Source: Lytechinus pictus (Eukaryota). From it: DNA of 64,000 bases. Below the pieces are notes generated by a model. It was not told where the DNA came from, made no database searches, and worked only from the letters and a program-made list of their open reading frames with translations. The position numbers were made by a program, and so were the translations under genes. Location: assembly GCF_037042905.1 (NCBI RefSeq), contig NC_087257.1, positions 13,392,001-13,456,000 of the forward strand. Reading direction: 5' to 3'. Each line of letters starts with the position of its first letter. Position 1 is the first letter of the stretch. This document shows, piece by piece, positions 23,750 through 36,868 of this stretch.

Positions 23750-26344
23750 CATCAATCTTGCTCAAAGATGCTCCCACTTTTACGACCTCCATCAGAGCAA
23801 GTGGAGCTTGATACGTATTTCTATTCATTTCCTCACTATGACCCATGTGTGAGTAGAAGTACTTCCTCTCAGAGGGTTCCACATCCATTGCTGCATAAAG
23901 TGTGCTTATTCTGTGCCTGTTATGTGTTGCCGTAATGAGAGTAGGCCGCTTCAGGTCAGGAGCTTTTTTGACCACACGATGCACAGCGCGTGCCACCCCG
24001 AAACATGTGAAATTGAACCTTGAGTAGATAAAAAGATGTACTTGTTTCCTTCCAAAATGCCTGCACTTTCACGTACTTCATCATGATCAACTAGATGGAG
24101 AGCTTTATCACAGTCTTCTGGTATCAAGACTGGGACTAATTTCCGTAGACCTTTTCCGGTCTGATACGTAACTTTGTAGTTTCCAAGAGACTTCTTCTCT
24201 GCTGGATTTAGATGTTGGAGTGCTTGTTGATTAATCCAGGTTCCTTCTTTTGCTTCTTTCCACTGATTCCTTGTTAATCTACAGGGTTCACCACCCCTTC
24301 TTGCGTTAAAAAGTGTCAGTCTACTTGCAACTAGGTCACGCAATTCTACATAGTGATCACCTTCATGAACACCATATGTTTCTTTTTCCACTAGCTCTTT
24401 CATTGTGGAGAGGGTGTATTCCCGGACGCTTTGAAGATCTTCTAGAGGGAGCGTTTCTGGCTTTCAAAGTTTCTCAGTACGGGCCTTGCCTACTGCATAG
24501 GTCGCATCACCAAACACAAGGTCATGGTTAAGAATCAGAACCTCATCAAATTTATCCAAGGCATGAGCTGCATCATCATCTTCATTTCCTAGAAATGTGC
24601 CCTTCATGATCTTACACGACCGCTTGATGAGGTAGTATAGTGCAGACTTTAATCCGTACTTCAGGTTCTCTCCTTCCCGACAGTATTCGTTCACGGCAAC
24701 CTTCAGATGTTCAAAATTCCTGCGATTGAACATGTCAAGTGAATAGCCATAGGATTCCAAATAGGAACCCAGTTCATTCTCGGTATCCTTGAAATGGATA
24801 TACAAACTACCCAATCTCCTCATTGAAGTCATTACGCTCTTCTTTACTTCTTCTCTTTTGTCCACTTTTGTTCTCTCCTTCTCCCACAGTTTTCGACCAA
24901 TTATCAGTATCATTTGATCTCTCCTACACAAATAACCTACATCATCGTTTCTGAACAGACACAGAATGTTTATTGTGAAGCTCTCATCGGTTGTGTGTTG
25001 AAAGTCCATGTGCATTAATGTATTGACAGGGATATTTATTGTTGTTCCACACGACTCCTTTGCACATGTTTTTCTATGTCTGCTCAAGAATCGTGAGTTA
25101 TAGAAGCCTTTGCACAGTCCGCACATAATGAGATTGCATTCTTTTTTTGATTTTTTTCTCTTGCTGGAAACATGGATGAGGTTCCCCTAAAATTTCCTTG
25201 TTGTGTTTCAGGATCCCATTCTTCTTGAATTGCGCAAAGATCTCATCACGCTCTTTCTTTGGTAATTCTAGAGCCTTTCTTACATCTTCCCTATCTTTGT
25301 GTCGTAGAGTAATGTGTCGCGATAACTTTGTGTGGGAAATATCACATAAAGGACAATAACGTCTTGTATTATTACTGTTGCCATTCCCTGTCACTTCCTT
25401 TTTTATGGTTTCATTTTGCAATTTCCTTTTTCTTTTAGTGTCGCTGTGATGATCAGTATAGCTCTCCTGTTCATTCTGGCTATCCTCTGACATATGTTCC
25501 GATGAGTGCTCCGACTTATCCTCCGATAGGTGTTCTGACGAGTGCTCTGACTTATCCTCTGAGATGTATTCCGATGTGTCCTTCGGCATGTGCTCCGATT
25601 CGTGCTCTGACATATCCTCTGATAGGTGTTCTGACGAGTGCTCTGACTTATCCTCTGAGATGTATTCCGACGTCTCCTTCGGCATGTGCTCCGATTCTTG
25701 CTCAGACATATCCTCTGATAGGTGTTCTGACGAGTGCTCTGACTTATCCTCTGAGATGTATTCCGACGTCTCCTTCGGCATGTGCTCCGATTCGTGCTCT
25801 GACATATCCTCCGATAGGTGTTCTGACGAGTGCTCTGACTTATCCTCTGAGATGTATTCCGACGTCTCCTTCGGCATGTGCTCCGATTTGTGCTCTGACA
25901 TATCCTCCGATAGGTGTTCTGACGAGTGCTCTGACTTATCCTCTGAGATGTATTCCGGCGTCTCCTTCGGCATGTGTTCCGATTTGTGGTCTGACATATC
26001 CTCCGATAGGTGTTCTGACGAGTGCTCTGACTTATCCTCTGAGATGTATTCCGACAGCTCCTTCGGCATGTGCTCCGATTTGTGCTCTGACATATCCTCC
26101 GATAGGTGTTCTGACGAGTGCTCTGACTTATCCTCTGAGATGTATTCCGTCTCCTTCGGCATGTGCTCCGATTCGTGCTCTGACATATCCTCCGATAGGT
26201 GTTCTGACGAGTGCTCTGACTTATCCTCTGATGAGATGTATTCTGACGTCTCCTTCGGCATGTGCTCCGATTTGTGCTCTGACATACCCGCTGACATGTA
26301 TTCTACTGACACAACTCCAACACCATTCTTTGAGCTGGCATGCC
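23750..26344 (-). pseudogene. SET-YR exon 5: acidic repeats, C2H2/C2HC zinc-finger-like motifs, helical region and tyrosine-recombinase-like catalytic domain
   Basis: cattgcag|...|gtaagt boundaries. ORFs 25098..26312, 24464..25126, 23951..24403 and 23703..23996 are joined by a frameshift (~25150), a TGA at 24464-24466 (EKL*KPETLP) and a 2-bp insertion (~23988). Confidence 0.85.
25480..26290 (-). repeat. Coding 96-bp tandem repeat (~8 copies; SEHKSEHMPKETSEYISEDKSEHSSEHLSEDM)
   Basis: Period 96 seen (e.g. 25591 vs 25687); built from 12-bp SEx-x subunits. Confidence 0.92.
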
Positions 26345-27908
26345 CTGCAATGATTGCAAAAGTTTAGTTCAAGGTCAAATATCAAAACTTTACAATTGTT
26401 TCTCATAGTCCTTTTGCCAAAACCTCAATCTCATTTTTGCAATAATGGAATGAATACAGATATACTCCCGCTATAACGAGCATGGCTACGTGATATTGAC
26501 TTGAAGAGGGGATTTTCCCAGTCTCAATTTCAAACATGCATGCGTGTCTATATATGTTTTCAGTATAACAATTAAGATTTCATTAATATAAGTGGCTTAA
26601 TTGGTCCCGAGCACCTCACAGGAGTGGACATGTGTATGGTAAAATAGCAAGCCCAAGCTTCGTTCACATCAGTGAAAACAAAGAGAAATTACCGTGAATC
26701 ACCTTATAGCGGTGACAATGAACTGCACAATATGGTTGTTTTCCCCATTGAGGTGTCATATGAAAAGGCAGAAAACAAACTATCAGGTCAGCATATTAGT
26801 GGGGGACCTATATAGCTATAAATAGGCTTGGAGTACATGCAAATCTGGCTAAAATTTTGATTTTTGGCACACAAACGGTTATAGCCATTACTGATCAATA
26901 AAAGTGATGGAAGCACTTTTCTAAACCCAATCTAAGGCGGCCATCTTGGATTTCAAAATGGCCGCCATACAAAACGTATTTTCCTCAATATTGGACATTA
27001 AACGAGCTAGAGTTAATTTCAACAGCAAACCCCCATTATCGGAATCAAAAAATCATATGAACAAAGATTAAAAAAGGTCTTATATGCAGAGATGCCAACC
27101 TCTTGACACAACTCCAACACCATTCTTTGAGCTGGCATGCCCTGCAATGATTGCAAAAGTTTAGTTCAAGGTCAAATATCAAAACTTTACAATTGTTTCT
27201 CATAGTCCTTTTGCCAAAACCTCAATCTCATTTTTGCAATAATGGAATGAATACAGATATACTCCCGCTATAACGAGCATGGCTACGTGATATTGACTTG
27301 AAGAGGGGATTTTCCCAGTCTCAATTTCAAACATGCATGCGTGTCTATATATGTTTTCAGTATAACAATTAAGATTTCATTAATATAAGTGGCTTAATTG
27401 GTCCCGAGCACCTCACAGGAGTGGACATGTGTATGGTAAAATAGCAAGCCCAAGCTTCGTTCACATCGGTGAAAACAAAGAGAAATTACCGTGAATCTCC
27501 TTATAGCGGTGACAATGAACTGCACAATATGGTTGTTTTCCCCATTGAGGTGTCATATGAAAAGGCAGAAAACAAACTATCAGGTCAGCATATTAGTGGG
27601 GGACCTATATAGCTATAAATAGGCTTGGAGTACATGCAAATCTGGCTAAAATTTTGATTTTTGGCACACAAACGGTTATAGCCATTACTGATCAATAAAA
27701 GTGATGGAAGCACTTTTCTAAACCCAATCTAAGGCGGCCATCTTGGATTTCAAAATGGCCGCCATACAAAACGTATTTTCCTCAATATTGGACATTAAAC
27801 GAGCTAGAGTTAATTTCAACAGCAAACCCCCATTATCGGAATCAAAATATCATATGAACAAAGATTAAAAAAGGTCTTATATGCAGAGATGCCAACCTCT
27901 TGACACAA
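26307..27908 (+). repeat. 797-bp tandem duplication (26307-27103, 27104-27900) with TGACACAA junction microhomology
   Basis: Copies differ at about 3 positions; TGACACAA occurs at 26307, 27104 and 27901. Confidence 0.92.
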
Positions 27909-28703
27909 AAAAAAACACATGACGAAAAACTCTTCGTTTAAAATTGAAACCCCTAGAGCTGAGATATAGCATTAAGCCTAAAGTAAACACTAGCTCTGTC
28001 CAATGTAATCCCCCCCCCCCACACACACCGAGACCTTGAAGGGGTGATAGAGAGGGAGAGAGAGAGATATATATATATATATATATAAGCATGATATAGA
28101 GGGAGAGAGGAAGGGAGAAAGTGTGATAGTTTTCAGAGTTAAAATGTTTGTTATAATTATATCGCCAATTCTGGGTCATTTTGCTTCGTTCGAACATTCA
28201 TTTTGGTCTTCATCTAAATTATGAGTGACTTTTGGACATGAAAATATCTTAAAGATAAAGACCAGTTCTGGTTTTGTGATTGCATTGTGAAAGAATCGTT
28301 GTGGAATCGATCAGAAAAGGTTGATCATCTAGCATATAGGTGTGTACTGCAAGGTTCTGGAATCATCAAAATGATAAGAAAAATGGGACTACGCGACCAC
28401 ATGCGCGATATCTATTTGGTCCCAATAGATATAATAATTTACCAAATATATCAATTAGTAGGCGGTTTCCCGACTTTCCCGGCAAAATTTGTATCATCAC
28501 GTATTAGTCAAAACATATTCTTTCACATGATTGGTAATACCTTTATACCTTTATACCGCATCTACTGGAAAAATACAGTTGTTCCTGCAGTCAAGTTTCC
28601 AGGTCTATCTTGTTGTCTTCCTAGCTTGGATAAGTTCGAAAACTGAGTCTGTGCTATTTGTGCAATGTGCTGTGCCAATTAATGTATTGGAATGAAATAG
28701 GCA

Positions 28704-31700
28704 CTATTCCCATGCGTGAACATAATGCCACGCAGACCAGAACTTGTCTAACTTTGTCTTGAAGCCATTGATTGTTGATGCTGTGACTACCTCAGTAGGC
28801 AAAGAGTTCCAGTCATTAACCACTCTAACACTGAAGGTGTTTTGTCTCACTGCCAGTCTACTCCTTTTCAAAAATAGCTTGTAAGGGTGGCCACGCGTTG
28901 CTTGAGTGGTAGCTGATGTGAAGAATAGGTCTCTATTCACATCATCAATGCCATAAATTATTTTATAGGTTTGTATCATGTCTCCTCTGCGCAGTCTGTA
29001 CTTGATGGAGGGTAATTTCATTTCACGCAGTCTTCTGCCATAGTCCATTTCTTTCAGGGCTGGTACTAGCTTGGTCGCTCGTCGCTGGACTTTCTCAATA
29101 GCCTTCAAGTCAGAAGCATATCTTGGGTACCATATTCCATTCGCATATTCAAGAATTGGTCTCACGAGTGACTTGTACAACCTTTTGATGTTTTCTTTGT
29201 CTCTATGCAAGAAAGTGCGTCGAATCATAGCAAGCACACGATTAGCTTTCAAGACTGCGTTGGCTACTTGGGAATGGAATTTCAGTTGAGAGTCCATAAT
29301 GACTCCCAAGTCTTTTTCCTCTGAAACTTCCTCCAGCACATCTCCATCTAGATGATACTGATGATGGGTATTCTGTTGACCTAGATGGAGGGATCTGCAC
29401 TTTGTTGTATTAAACTGGAGCTGCCACTTCTTGGACCACTCAGCTAAGTTGTCTAAGTCAGCTTGTAGCCTGTCATAGTCATCTTCCATTCTGATCTCTC
29501 TGAAGAGTTTGGTGTCGTCAGCGTATATCTTTACGATACTGCTTACTACTTCAGGGAGATCGTTGATGAATACCACAAAAACTGTCGGTCCGAGGACACT
29601 ACCCTGAGGCACTCCACTTCTAACAGGTAACCACTGTGAAGTTTTTCCATTCACGACGACTCTCTGCCTCCGATGGGTCAAGAAGCTGTAAAGCCATTTC
29701 CCCAGACTACCTGTTATACCATAGGATCTGAGTTTGTTCATCAGTCGTTCATGGGGCACAGAATCGAAAGCTTTACAGAAATCAAAGTAGATGGTATCAA
29801 CTTCACATCCTTCATCAAGAGAGGCAGTCCACAATTCCATGACTTCAAGCAGTTGTGTGACACAAGACCTTCCTGGTAGATCCGTGTTGTGCATCACACA
29901 ATAAGTCATTCTGAATAAGTTGATTGAGAATGGCATCACGCACAACAGATTCCATGATCTTTCCGATAACTGAAGTCAGGCTTATTGGTCTGTAGTTTTC
30001 AACAGCATCCTTCTTTCCTTTCTTATGTATTGGTGTGATATTTGCATCTTTCCATGACTGCGGGAGATTACCTTCTTTCAAGGACTTTCTGAAGATAAGT
30101 GCAAGAGGTGTGCAAATTGTTCCAGCAGTTTATTTTAGAACTCTCGGGTGAAATCCATCAGGTCCAGCTGATTTTGAACTTTTCAGCAATTTCAGTTTGT
30201 TCTTTACATTACTTGTGGTAATGTCCAGATCAGTTAGGAGATTACCCTTATGTCTATCTTCCAAAGTTGGAATCTGCTGCACATTTTCATCTGTAAATAC
30301 ACTGTTGAAGAAGAGGTTAAAGAGTTCTGCTTTGTCCTCGTCATTCTCAGCAGTGGTTCCATGTTTATTTTTCATGACCCCAAAATTAGCTCTGCATCTT
30401 CTTGAGCTATTTGCATATCTCCAGAAGGCTTTGGGGTTAGACTTGATATTGTTTGCAATGTCCTTTTCAAACTTCCTGCGAAGATTCCTCGTCATTTTAC
30501 GAAGTTTGATGGCCTCTTTTCTTGATCGCTGATAGTCGACATCATCTCCACTGTCACGAAATCTTTTCCAAGATCTCTGTTTCTTCTTGTGTTGTCTGAT
30601 AGCTTCCTTTGTCATCCAGAGTTTCTTCTTTTTTAGCCTAACCCCTGTGGTTTTAGGGATGTGTTGGTCTATTGTTGCTTGATAGATGGTTGAGAAGAAG
30701 TTCCATGACTCATCTACATTCATAGATTCCAGTTCACTACACCAATCTATGTCAATGATGGCATCATTCATTGCCTGGTAGTCGCCTTTATGGTATCGAT
30801 ACCTTTCTTCTTTTCTCAATGTTTGTTCGGCATACAATTTCACATGAATAAGGATACATTGATGATCGCTTAGACCCAGGCCAGGTAAGTAAGAGATATT
30901 TCCAATCATTCCTTCCTCATTAGTGATCAATAGGTCCAGTATATGTGGTTGTTGTCCTGTCCGGTATCGTGTGCACTCATCTATATATGCTGATGGAGGA
31001 AACAGTCACTCAAGCAGTCGATAAACTTCTGTTCATGTGAATGATGGGATGTCCAGTTCTCCCAGTTGATGTTTGGGTAATTAAAGTCACCAACGATGAT
31101 AAGGTGCGAAGGATTGCTATCTGCAACTTTACACAGCATCTCAGTCATCATATCAGTAGTTGACATATATATGTTTGGAGTTGGACTACGGTAAATGCAT
31201 CCCAGAGTTAATGAGTCCATTCCCTTCAGCTTCATATTTATCCACACACAATCGTTGAAGTTTGACTCAAAAAATATTTCCTTGACTAAAGTAGCATAAC
31301 GTTTGTGCACATACACCAAGACTCCTCTTACATCTTCTTTGTCAATGTTTAAAAACTGGACATAGTCTTCAAGCTGATAATTTTGCACAGTCAGCTTGAT
31401 ATCACAATTTTTGGGCAGGCATTCACAGATGACAATAATATCAATAGTTCGTTGTTCCAGCAGCAGGGAAAGTTCATCCAGTTTGTTGAGTAGGCAGTCA
31501 CTATTGGTATACAAAATTTTCAATTGTCCAATATTGGAGTCGGCACCTGCTTTCCTGTGCGTCTCGCCAAACTCTCCTTCGCTTACTGTGTCATCATCAG
31601 TCAAACGCCTCTCATCAGATTCTTCTTCTGTTTCTGTTTCGGTATCATCTGAGTTAGTTTCTCCTGTTTCTGAATTATCATCATTTTCTTCATCTTCTGT

Positions 31701-33104
31701 ATCTGCTTCTTCAGAGTTAAATTCCTCACCCTCTATATCAGTATTATCTGAGTCAATTTCTCCTATTACTGAATTTCCAATATCAGAGTCAATATCTCCA
31801 ATTTCTGCATGAATTGAGACAATTTCCTCAATATCTCTGTCTGCATCGTAGTCATTTACCTCCGTAGGATCTGAGTCTATTTCTCTAATTTCTGTGTTTG
31901 GAATGTCAAAGTCACGGTCTCCAGTTTCCGCAGTGTTTGCATCAATTTCTCTATCATAAGTATCAACAAGTACATCAAGTATTGTACGTGCATCAATTGA
32001 GAGAATTTCTCCCATGTCTGTGTCAGAGTCCTTATCTCCATTTGAGTCAGATTCTTTAGTGTTTCTTTTTGCATTAGATTCCTCTATATCTTTCTCCACT
32101 TCTGCATCAGATTTGTCCATTTCTTTCTCCATTTCTGAATCAGGTCTCTCTATTTCTGCATCACTTTTGTCGATTTCTTTCTCTATTTCTGTATCAGATT
32201 TATCTATTTCTTTCTCAATTTCTGTAGGAGACTCCTCTATTTCTGTCTCTATTTTTGCATCAAATTTGGCTATTTCTTTCTCAATTTCTGTATCAGTTAT
32301 GTATTTTTCTTTCTCAATTACTGGATCAGACTCCTTGATTTCTTCCTCTATTTCTGCATCAAATTGCTCTATTTCTTTCTCTATTTTGGCCTTGGATTTG
32401 TCCATTTTATTCTCAAATTCTGCATTGGACTTGTCTATTTCTTTCTCCATTTCAATGTCAGATTCCTCTATTTCTTCCTTCATTTCTACCTTAATAGATT
32501 CCTCTATTTCTTTCTCCACTTCTGCATCTGGTTCTTCTATTTCATTATCCATTTCTGCATCGGATTTGTCCACATATACTCCTTTCTCCATTTCTGTATT
32601 AACAGACTCCTCTATTTCTGCCTTCGATTCCTCTAATTCTTTCTCCATTATGGAATTGAATAGGTTTATTTCTGTCTCCATTTCTGCATCCGATTCCTCT
32701 ATTACTTCCTCCATTTCAGCATTGGATTTGTCTATTTCATCCTTAATTTCTACTTTGGATTTGTCTAGTCGTTTCTCCATTTCTGTAACAGACTCCTCTA
32801 TTTCTGTCTCCATTTCTGCCTTCGATTCCTCAATTTCTTTCTCCATTTCTCCATTGAATTTGATCATTTCTGAATCAGATACCTCAATTTCTTTCTCCAT
32901 TTCGGCATTGGATTTGTCTATTTCTTTCTCTATTTCTGCACCAGACTCCTCTGTTTCTACCTTAGATTCTTCTATTTCTTTCTCTGGTTCTGCATGTGAT
33001 TTGTCTATTTCTTTCTCCATTTCTGCATCAGATTCTTCTATTTCATCTAAATGTACTTGAGCAGATACTTTTAAAAGAAATGTCTGGTTTGTTCTTGATT
33101 CCAA
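28704..33104 (-). pseudogene. LINE ORF2 (acidic N-terminal extension, endonuclease, reverse transcriptase), interrupted
   Basis: YTNSD, CIYRSP, GDFN, SDH, GPDG, YRPISLTS, DFCKAFD, GVPQGSVLGP, YADD. Frameshifts near 30983 and 29880; stop at 30130-30132. Confidence 0.92.
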
Positions 33105-33627
33105 TCCACATATACATGTATATGTTGAAGATATCTTGTGAGATCTATCTGTTTTTCCAATTCCTGCACGGCTCGGAGTGAAAGCATTTAGTCAGATACT
33201 ACATGCTCCACCCTCATTACTTGTAGGTACATGTAAACGAGGTTCAGCTTCAGCAGATGCTTCATTTCCTAGTTTCCTACTTTCACTCCCCTCATCCTCT
33301 GCATATGGTCTCTTGAAGTTGGCCCTGACATCTGCACTTTCTGGCATGCCATGTGGTTGTGTGTTTTCAACTACAGCATATGAACCGCAAATTTCATTAT
33401 CAATTCCTTGTTTTCTTGGGGCATGTACTTCAATTTTCTGATCAATTTCTTGTTTTCCATCTTTAGAATGCTCCTTACCGAAGGAATGTTGAGTTTCCTG
33501 ATAAGTTCCTTCTTCGTTCATTTCTGGCTTATTTCCATTCCGATTTAGCACAAGATCTCCTTGAGCTTGTATTTCTCCTTGTACATGTAAACCCTCTACA
33601 GCTTCAATAGTTCCATCTCGTAAGTGT

Positions 33628-34889
33628 TCAGTATCGGCAGGAACTGCTTGTACCTCGCTTCTTGTGCTTTTGGGGTCTTTTCCTGGACTGTATGATTTTG
33701 TCCAGTTTGATGTTGATGTTCTGTTCACCTGCCTCTCTTCGTCTTTTGAGTTCTGTACGAAGCTCCTTGTGCTGTGCTCTTTGTTGAGGGGTTCTATCTG
33801 GGTCAATGTAAGCATTTGCCCAATTTTCAGAATGACGCAAGTTTCTAGCTTTAGAGAGGACTTCTTCTCGAGAGCCTTCAATTTCTACCAGAAGCAGTCG
33901 GGGCGTCTTGCCTTGTCTTGGTATTTACCACCAAGTCTAACAGCCTTCTTGATTTTCACATCGTCAATCTGTAACTCGCCGTTGATAATTGTCTGCACAA
34001 TATCCTTATCTTTCTGCTGTCTGATCTTCACATCTCTACTTTCGCTTTCAGGAATGTTGTGGACAATGAGATTCTTACTCCTTTTTTCTCTATCAGCATG
34101 TTCTTCAAGTAGATCTAGTCCTGCACGATCATTTTCCTTTCGAGTTCCTTTGACAACTTCAGAGAAAAGCAAAGTCTTTTCAACTTTTGATGTTGATGGT
34201 TGTTTATCGTCAGGGGTGGTTTCTGCATTCTGGGCTACAGATATCTGCCTTTGATCAATCAACTTGTCACAGCTTATTTGTATTTGATCAACTTTTGATT
34301 TTAAAGATATGATGGCAGTTTCCATGCTCTGTATATGCGACTTCTCTTTTTGTATTCTGTCACAGACTTCAGTTTGGGAACTCCTGTGATTTTGGGCCAG
34401 ATTTCCATTACTGAGCAACATATTTACCTGACTTATGCATTTACCACAGTACCAATGCAGATTGTTGAATTCTCCTATTTCATTGAACACTGCTTTTGAG
34501 AGACAAGAACATTTTATGCAGTTCCAATTATCACAGAAATTACAGCCAACAAGAGCAGGTACAGTAGTATTGCATGTGCTGCAGCTAAACTCAGAATGTT
34601 GTTTAACAGGATTGCTGCTCTTGAGTTTGGATTGGGTTGGTACTTTCCTATCCTTTTCTCTTTCAGTATTTGGTTTTGGCTTTGTTCCCCTAGAGATTCC
34701 CGTTTTCTTTTTACGGCAAGATTGACTTGATTTATTCCCTTGTGATAGGTCATTTTCTGATAATCCTAACACACTATCTTCCTCTTCACTAGTACCGGTA
34801 ATCAAACTTGCATTGGCTCCAGTAGCGATCTTTTTGGCTCTTGTTTTATATTTGCCAGATGGCAAAATCTTCTTTAAAAATAGAGACAT
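33628..34889 (-). pseudogene. LINE ORF1 (PHD finger, coiled coil, RRM-like and C-terminal region), one frameshift
   Basis: CSTC...CNFCDNWNCIKC...WYCGKC; REKRSKNLIVHNIPES; RLG; frameshift near 33902 restores PRLLLVE...YIDPDRTPQQR. Confidence 0.85.
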
Positions 34890-35943
34890 TATGTATCTAG
34901 TTGGGCTGCAGGTCAACTCACCATACAAATTGGAGTGATGTAGCTCTCAAAAATAGGGTGAACTCCAAAGCAATGGCAATGCAATACAAGTCCAAAGCAG
35001 AAAACTGAAGTAAAATTTCCCTTTTGAGCAAGATGAGCCTCAACTAAAAACAGGTGAAGAATGCAGTTATATACGATGATGCATCAGGATACAACAAAGT
35101 TTGTGTTTCACTGAGGATTGTTATAGTTGAATGAGAAATCCAATCACCAATGCTATGTGCATGTACAGTACATGTATATACAAACAACAGAGCCTATGTC
35201 TGGGACCAGGATGAACACTGGTCACGTCTTTCAGATTGTGATGTTAAAGGTCGGTCCCAGACGTAAATAATCATATCTGCTTGATACACGTCTGACAAAA
35301 CTCAAATACACACACATCTCCTGTCTTCCAGAGACTTCTCACTGTCCTTCCCAATTCAGTTGTGGTACTTCTGAGTTCTCCATCATCTCTTTGTTTCGCC
35401 GGACGGAAACGACAGGCCTGTTGTACACTTCCCCAGTCCTCTTCGATTGAGCAAGTTGCCCGTTGACTTGTTGTAGAAACAAAGTGTGGACTCCGAGTTA
35501 TTGTCCCTTTACTCGTCGCTTTCGCTCGAACTGCTTGGCTGGCTCTGCTGGGACGGCCGCGCCCGGGAGCGAGTGACCACAGACAGTGAACAAATACGGC
35601 ACGACCACTACCGGTAGGCGGTACCAGCTGAAGAAGATGAAACTCTCGTAGTTTTAACTCGTAATTAAAAATGTCAATAATAACGCGTAAGAGAACTTCA
35701 GAAGATAGAAACACTTAAACAGTAAAAACGTGATCAAAACAAAAACAATGTCGAGAAGAGCTATTTTGGCTTAATCAAGGACAAGGTTATCGAGAGCGGT
35801 TTGTAATCAACAGATGTCATGTTGTGAAAAAACAAGTACCGGTATGCGTTCGAGGTCCGTGGCAGCGGTGCGCTGCATGATATGCAATGAGAGCTTCCAT
35901 TTTATATTTTTGAGAGAGGGGCGTTTCCAAAACTGGTCTTTAA

Positions 35944-36538
35944 AGGGGAATCCAGCCTTGGCCATAAAATGTTGTGTTGGGAAGGAGAAAAATAAATTAA
36001 ACAGAATGGTGAAAGTTTGAAAGAAATCGGACAAGCGATAAGAAAGTTATAGCTGCTTTGAAATTGAGATCACTGATACTGTGTAGATTTCAAATTGGCA
36101 ACTGGGTAAGTAAATCATGACAAGGGGCAAGGAAAACTTTCCCATAGGCCATGTACTTTATTATCAGGGATTTGTGGTTTTCTCCTAAGTACCCATTCCC
36201 CTGGGGCAGTAATCTAAATATAACCCAGGTAGTATATTGTTTTATGTCCTCATGAAAGAAAAATATAATTTGAAATAATACTTTTGGGAAAAATTACATT
36301 TTAGCCATAGTATGTATTGGAGTACATAGAAGAGTAGTCCTTGCCTTACATCACTATGACATCCCATATGCAGCCAATTTGAAGTCTCCATGGGTATAGT
36401 GATTACCAATATTTACAACTTTTAAAAATTCATAACTTACTTATTGTTTGTCCAATATTGTTCAAACTTTCACCTATCAACTTGTCTGATTTTTCTTTTC
36501 CTTATAAAAACAAGTTTTTATTTGGGTTGGATTCCCCT
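35944..36538. mobile_element. Kolobok-like MITE
   Basis: TTAA|AGGGGAATCCAGCC ... GGTTGGATTCCCCT|TTAA. Confidence 0.8.
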
Positions 36539-36693
36539 TTAATTACCTTTAAAAGAAGCAAAATATATATTTCCTACTTCTCATTTCCTTTCAGCCAGAG
36601 CCCCAGTAAGAGTTTGTTTACACTATTACGTAAGATGATGAAGATAACAGCTGCAATCCAATATCATAATCTCTCATGCACGCAGAGCTGCAA

Positions 36694-36868
36694 GGCTCTG
36701 TCCAAGTTTTAACGAGAGAAACGAAAGTGGGGTCCAGCTGATACCCCACCTGATTTACATTGGTTCCTGTGTTATAGTGGTGGCTCTGTCCAAGTTTTAA
36801 CGAGAGAAACGAAAGTGGTGTCCGGATACCCCACCTGATTTACATAGGTTCCTGTGTTATAGTGGTGG
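36694..36868 (+). repeat. ~88-bp tandem duplication
   Basis: GGCTCTGTCCAAGTTTTAACGAGAGAAACGAAAGTGG... occurs twice. Confidence 0.85.

Larger units (their letters stand above)
28538..35800 (-). mobile_element. Near full-length CR1-type LINE (5' end approximate)
   Basis: ORF1 with PHD finger; ORF2 with APE endonuclease and RT (YADD); 3' tail of GGTATAAA repeats at 28538-28557; no TSD found. Confidence 0.88.

Noticed and set aside
25502-26367. Long plus-strand ORFs (283 and 267 aa; Cys/Ser- or Pro-rich)
   Set aside because: Antisense shadows of the 96-bp repeat; only the minus frame connects to splice sites and domains.
31396-33060. Ser/Ile-rich plus-strand ORFs
   Set aside because: Antisense of the LINE's acidic repeat.
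35271-35714. 147-aa ORF upstream of LINE ORF1
   Set aside because: Non-ATG start and no motif; more likely the LINE 5' UTR.
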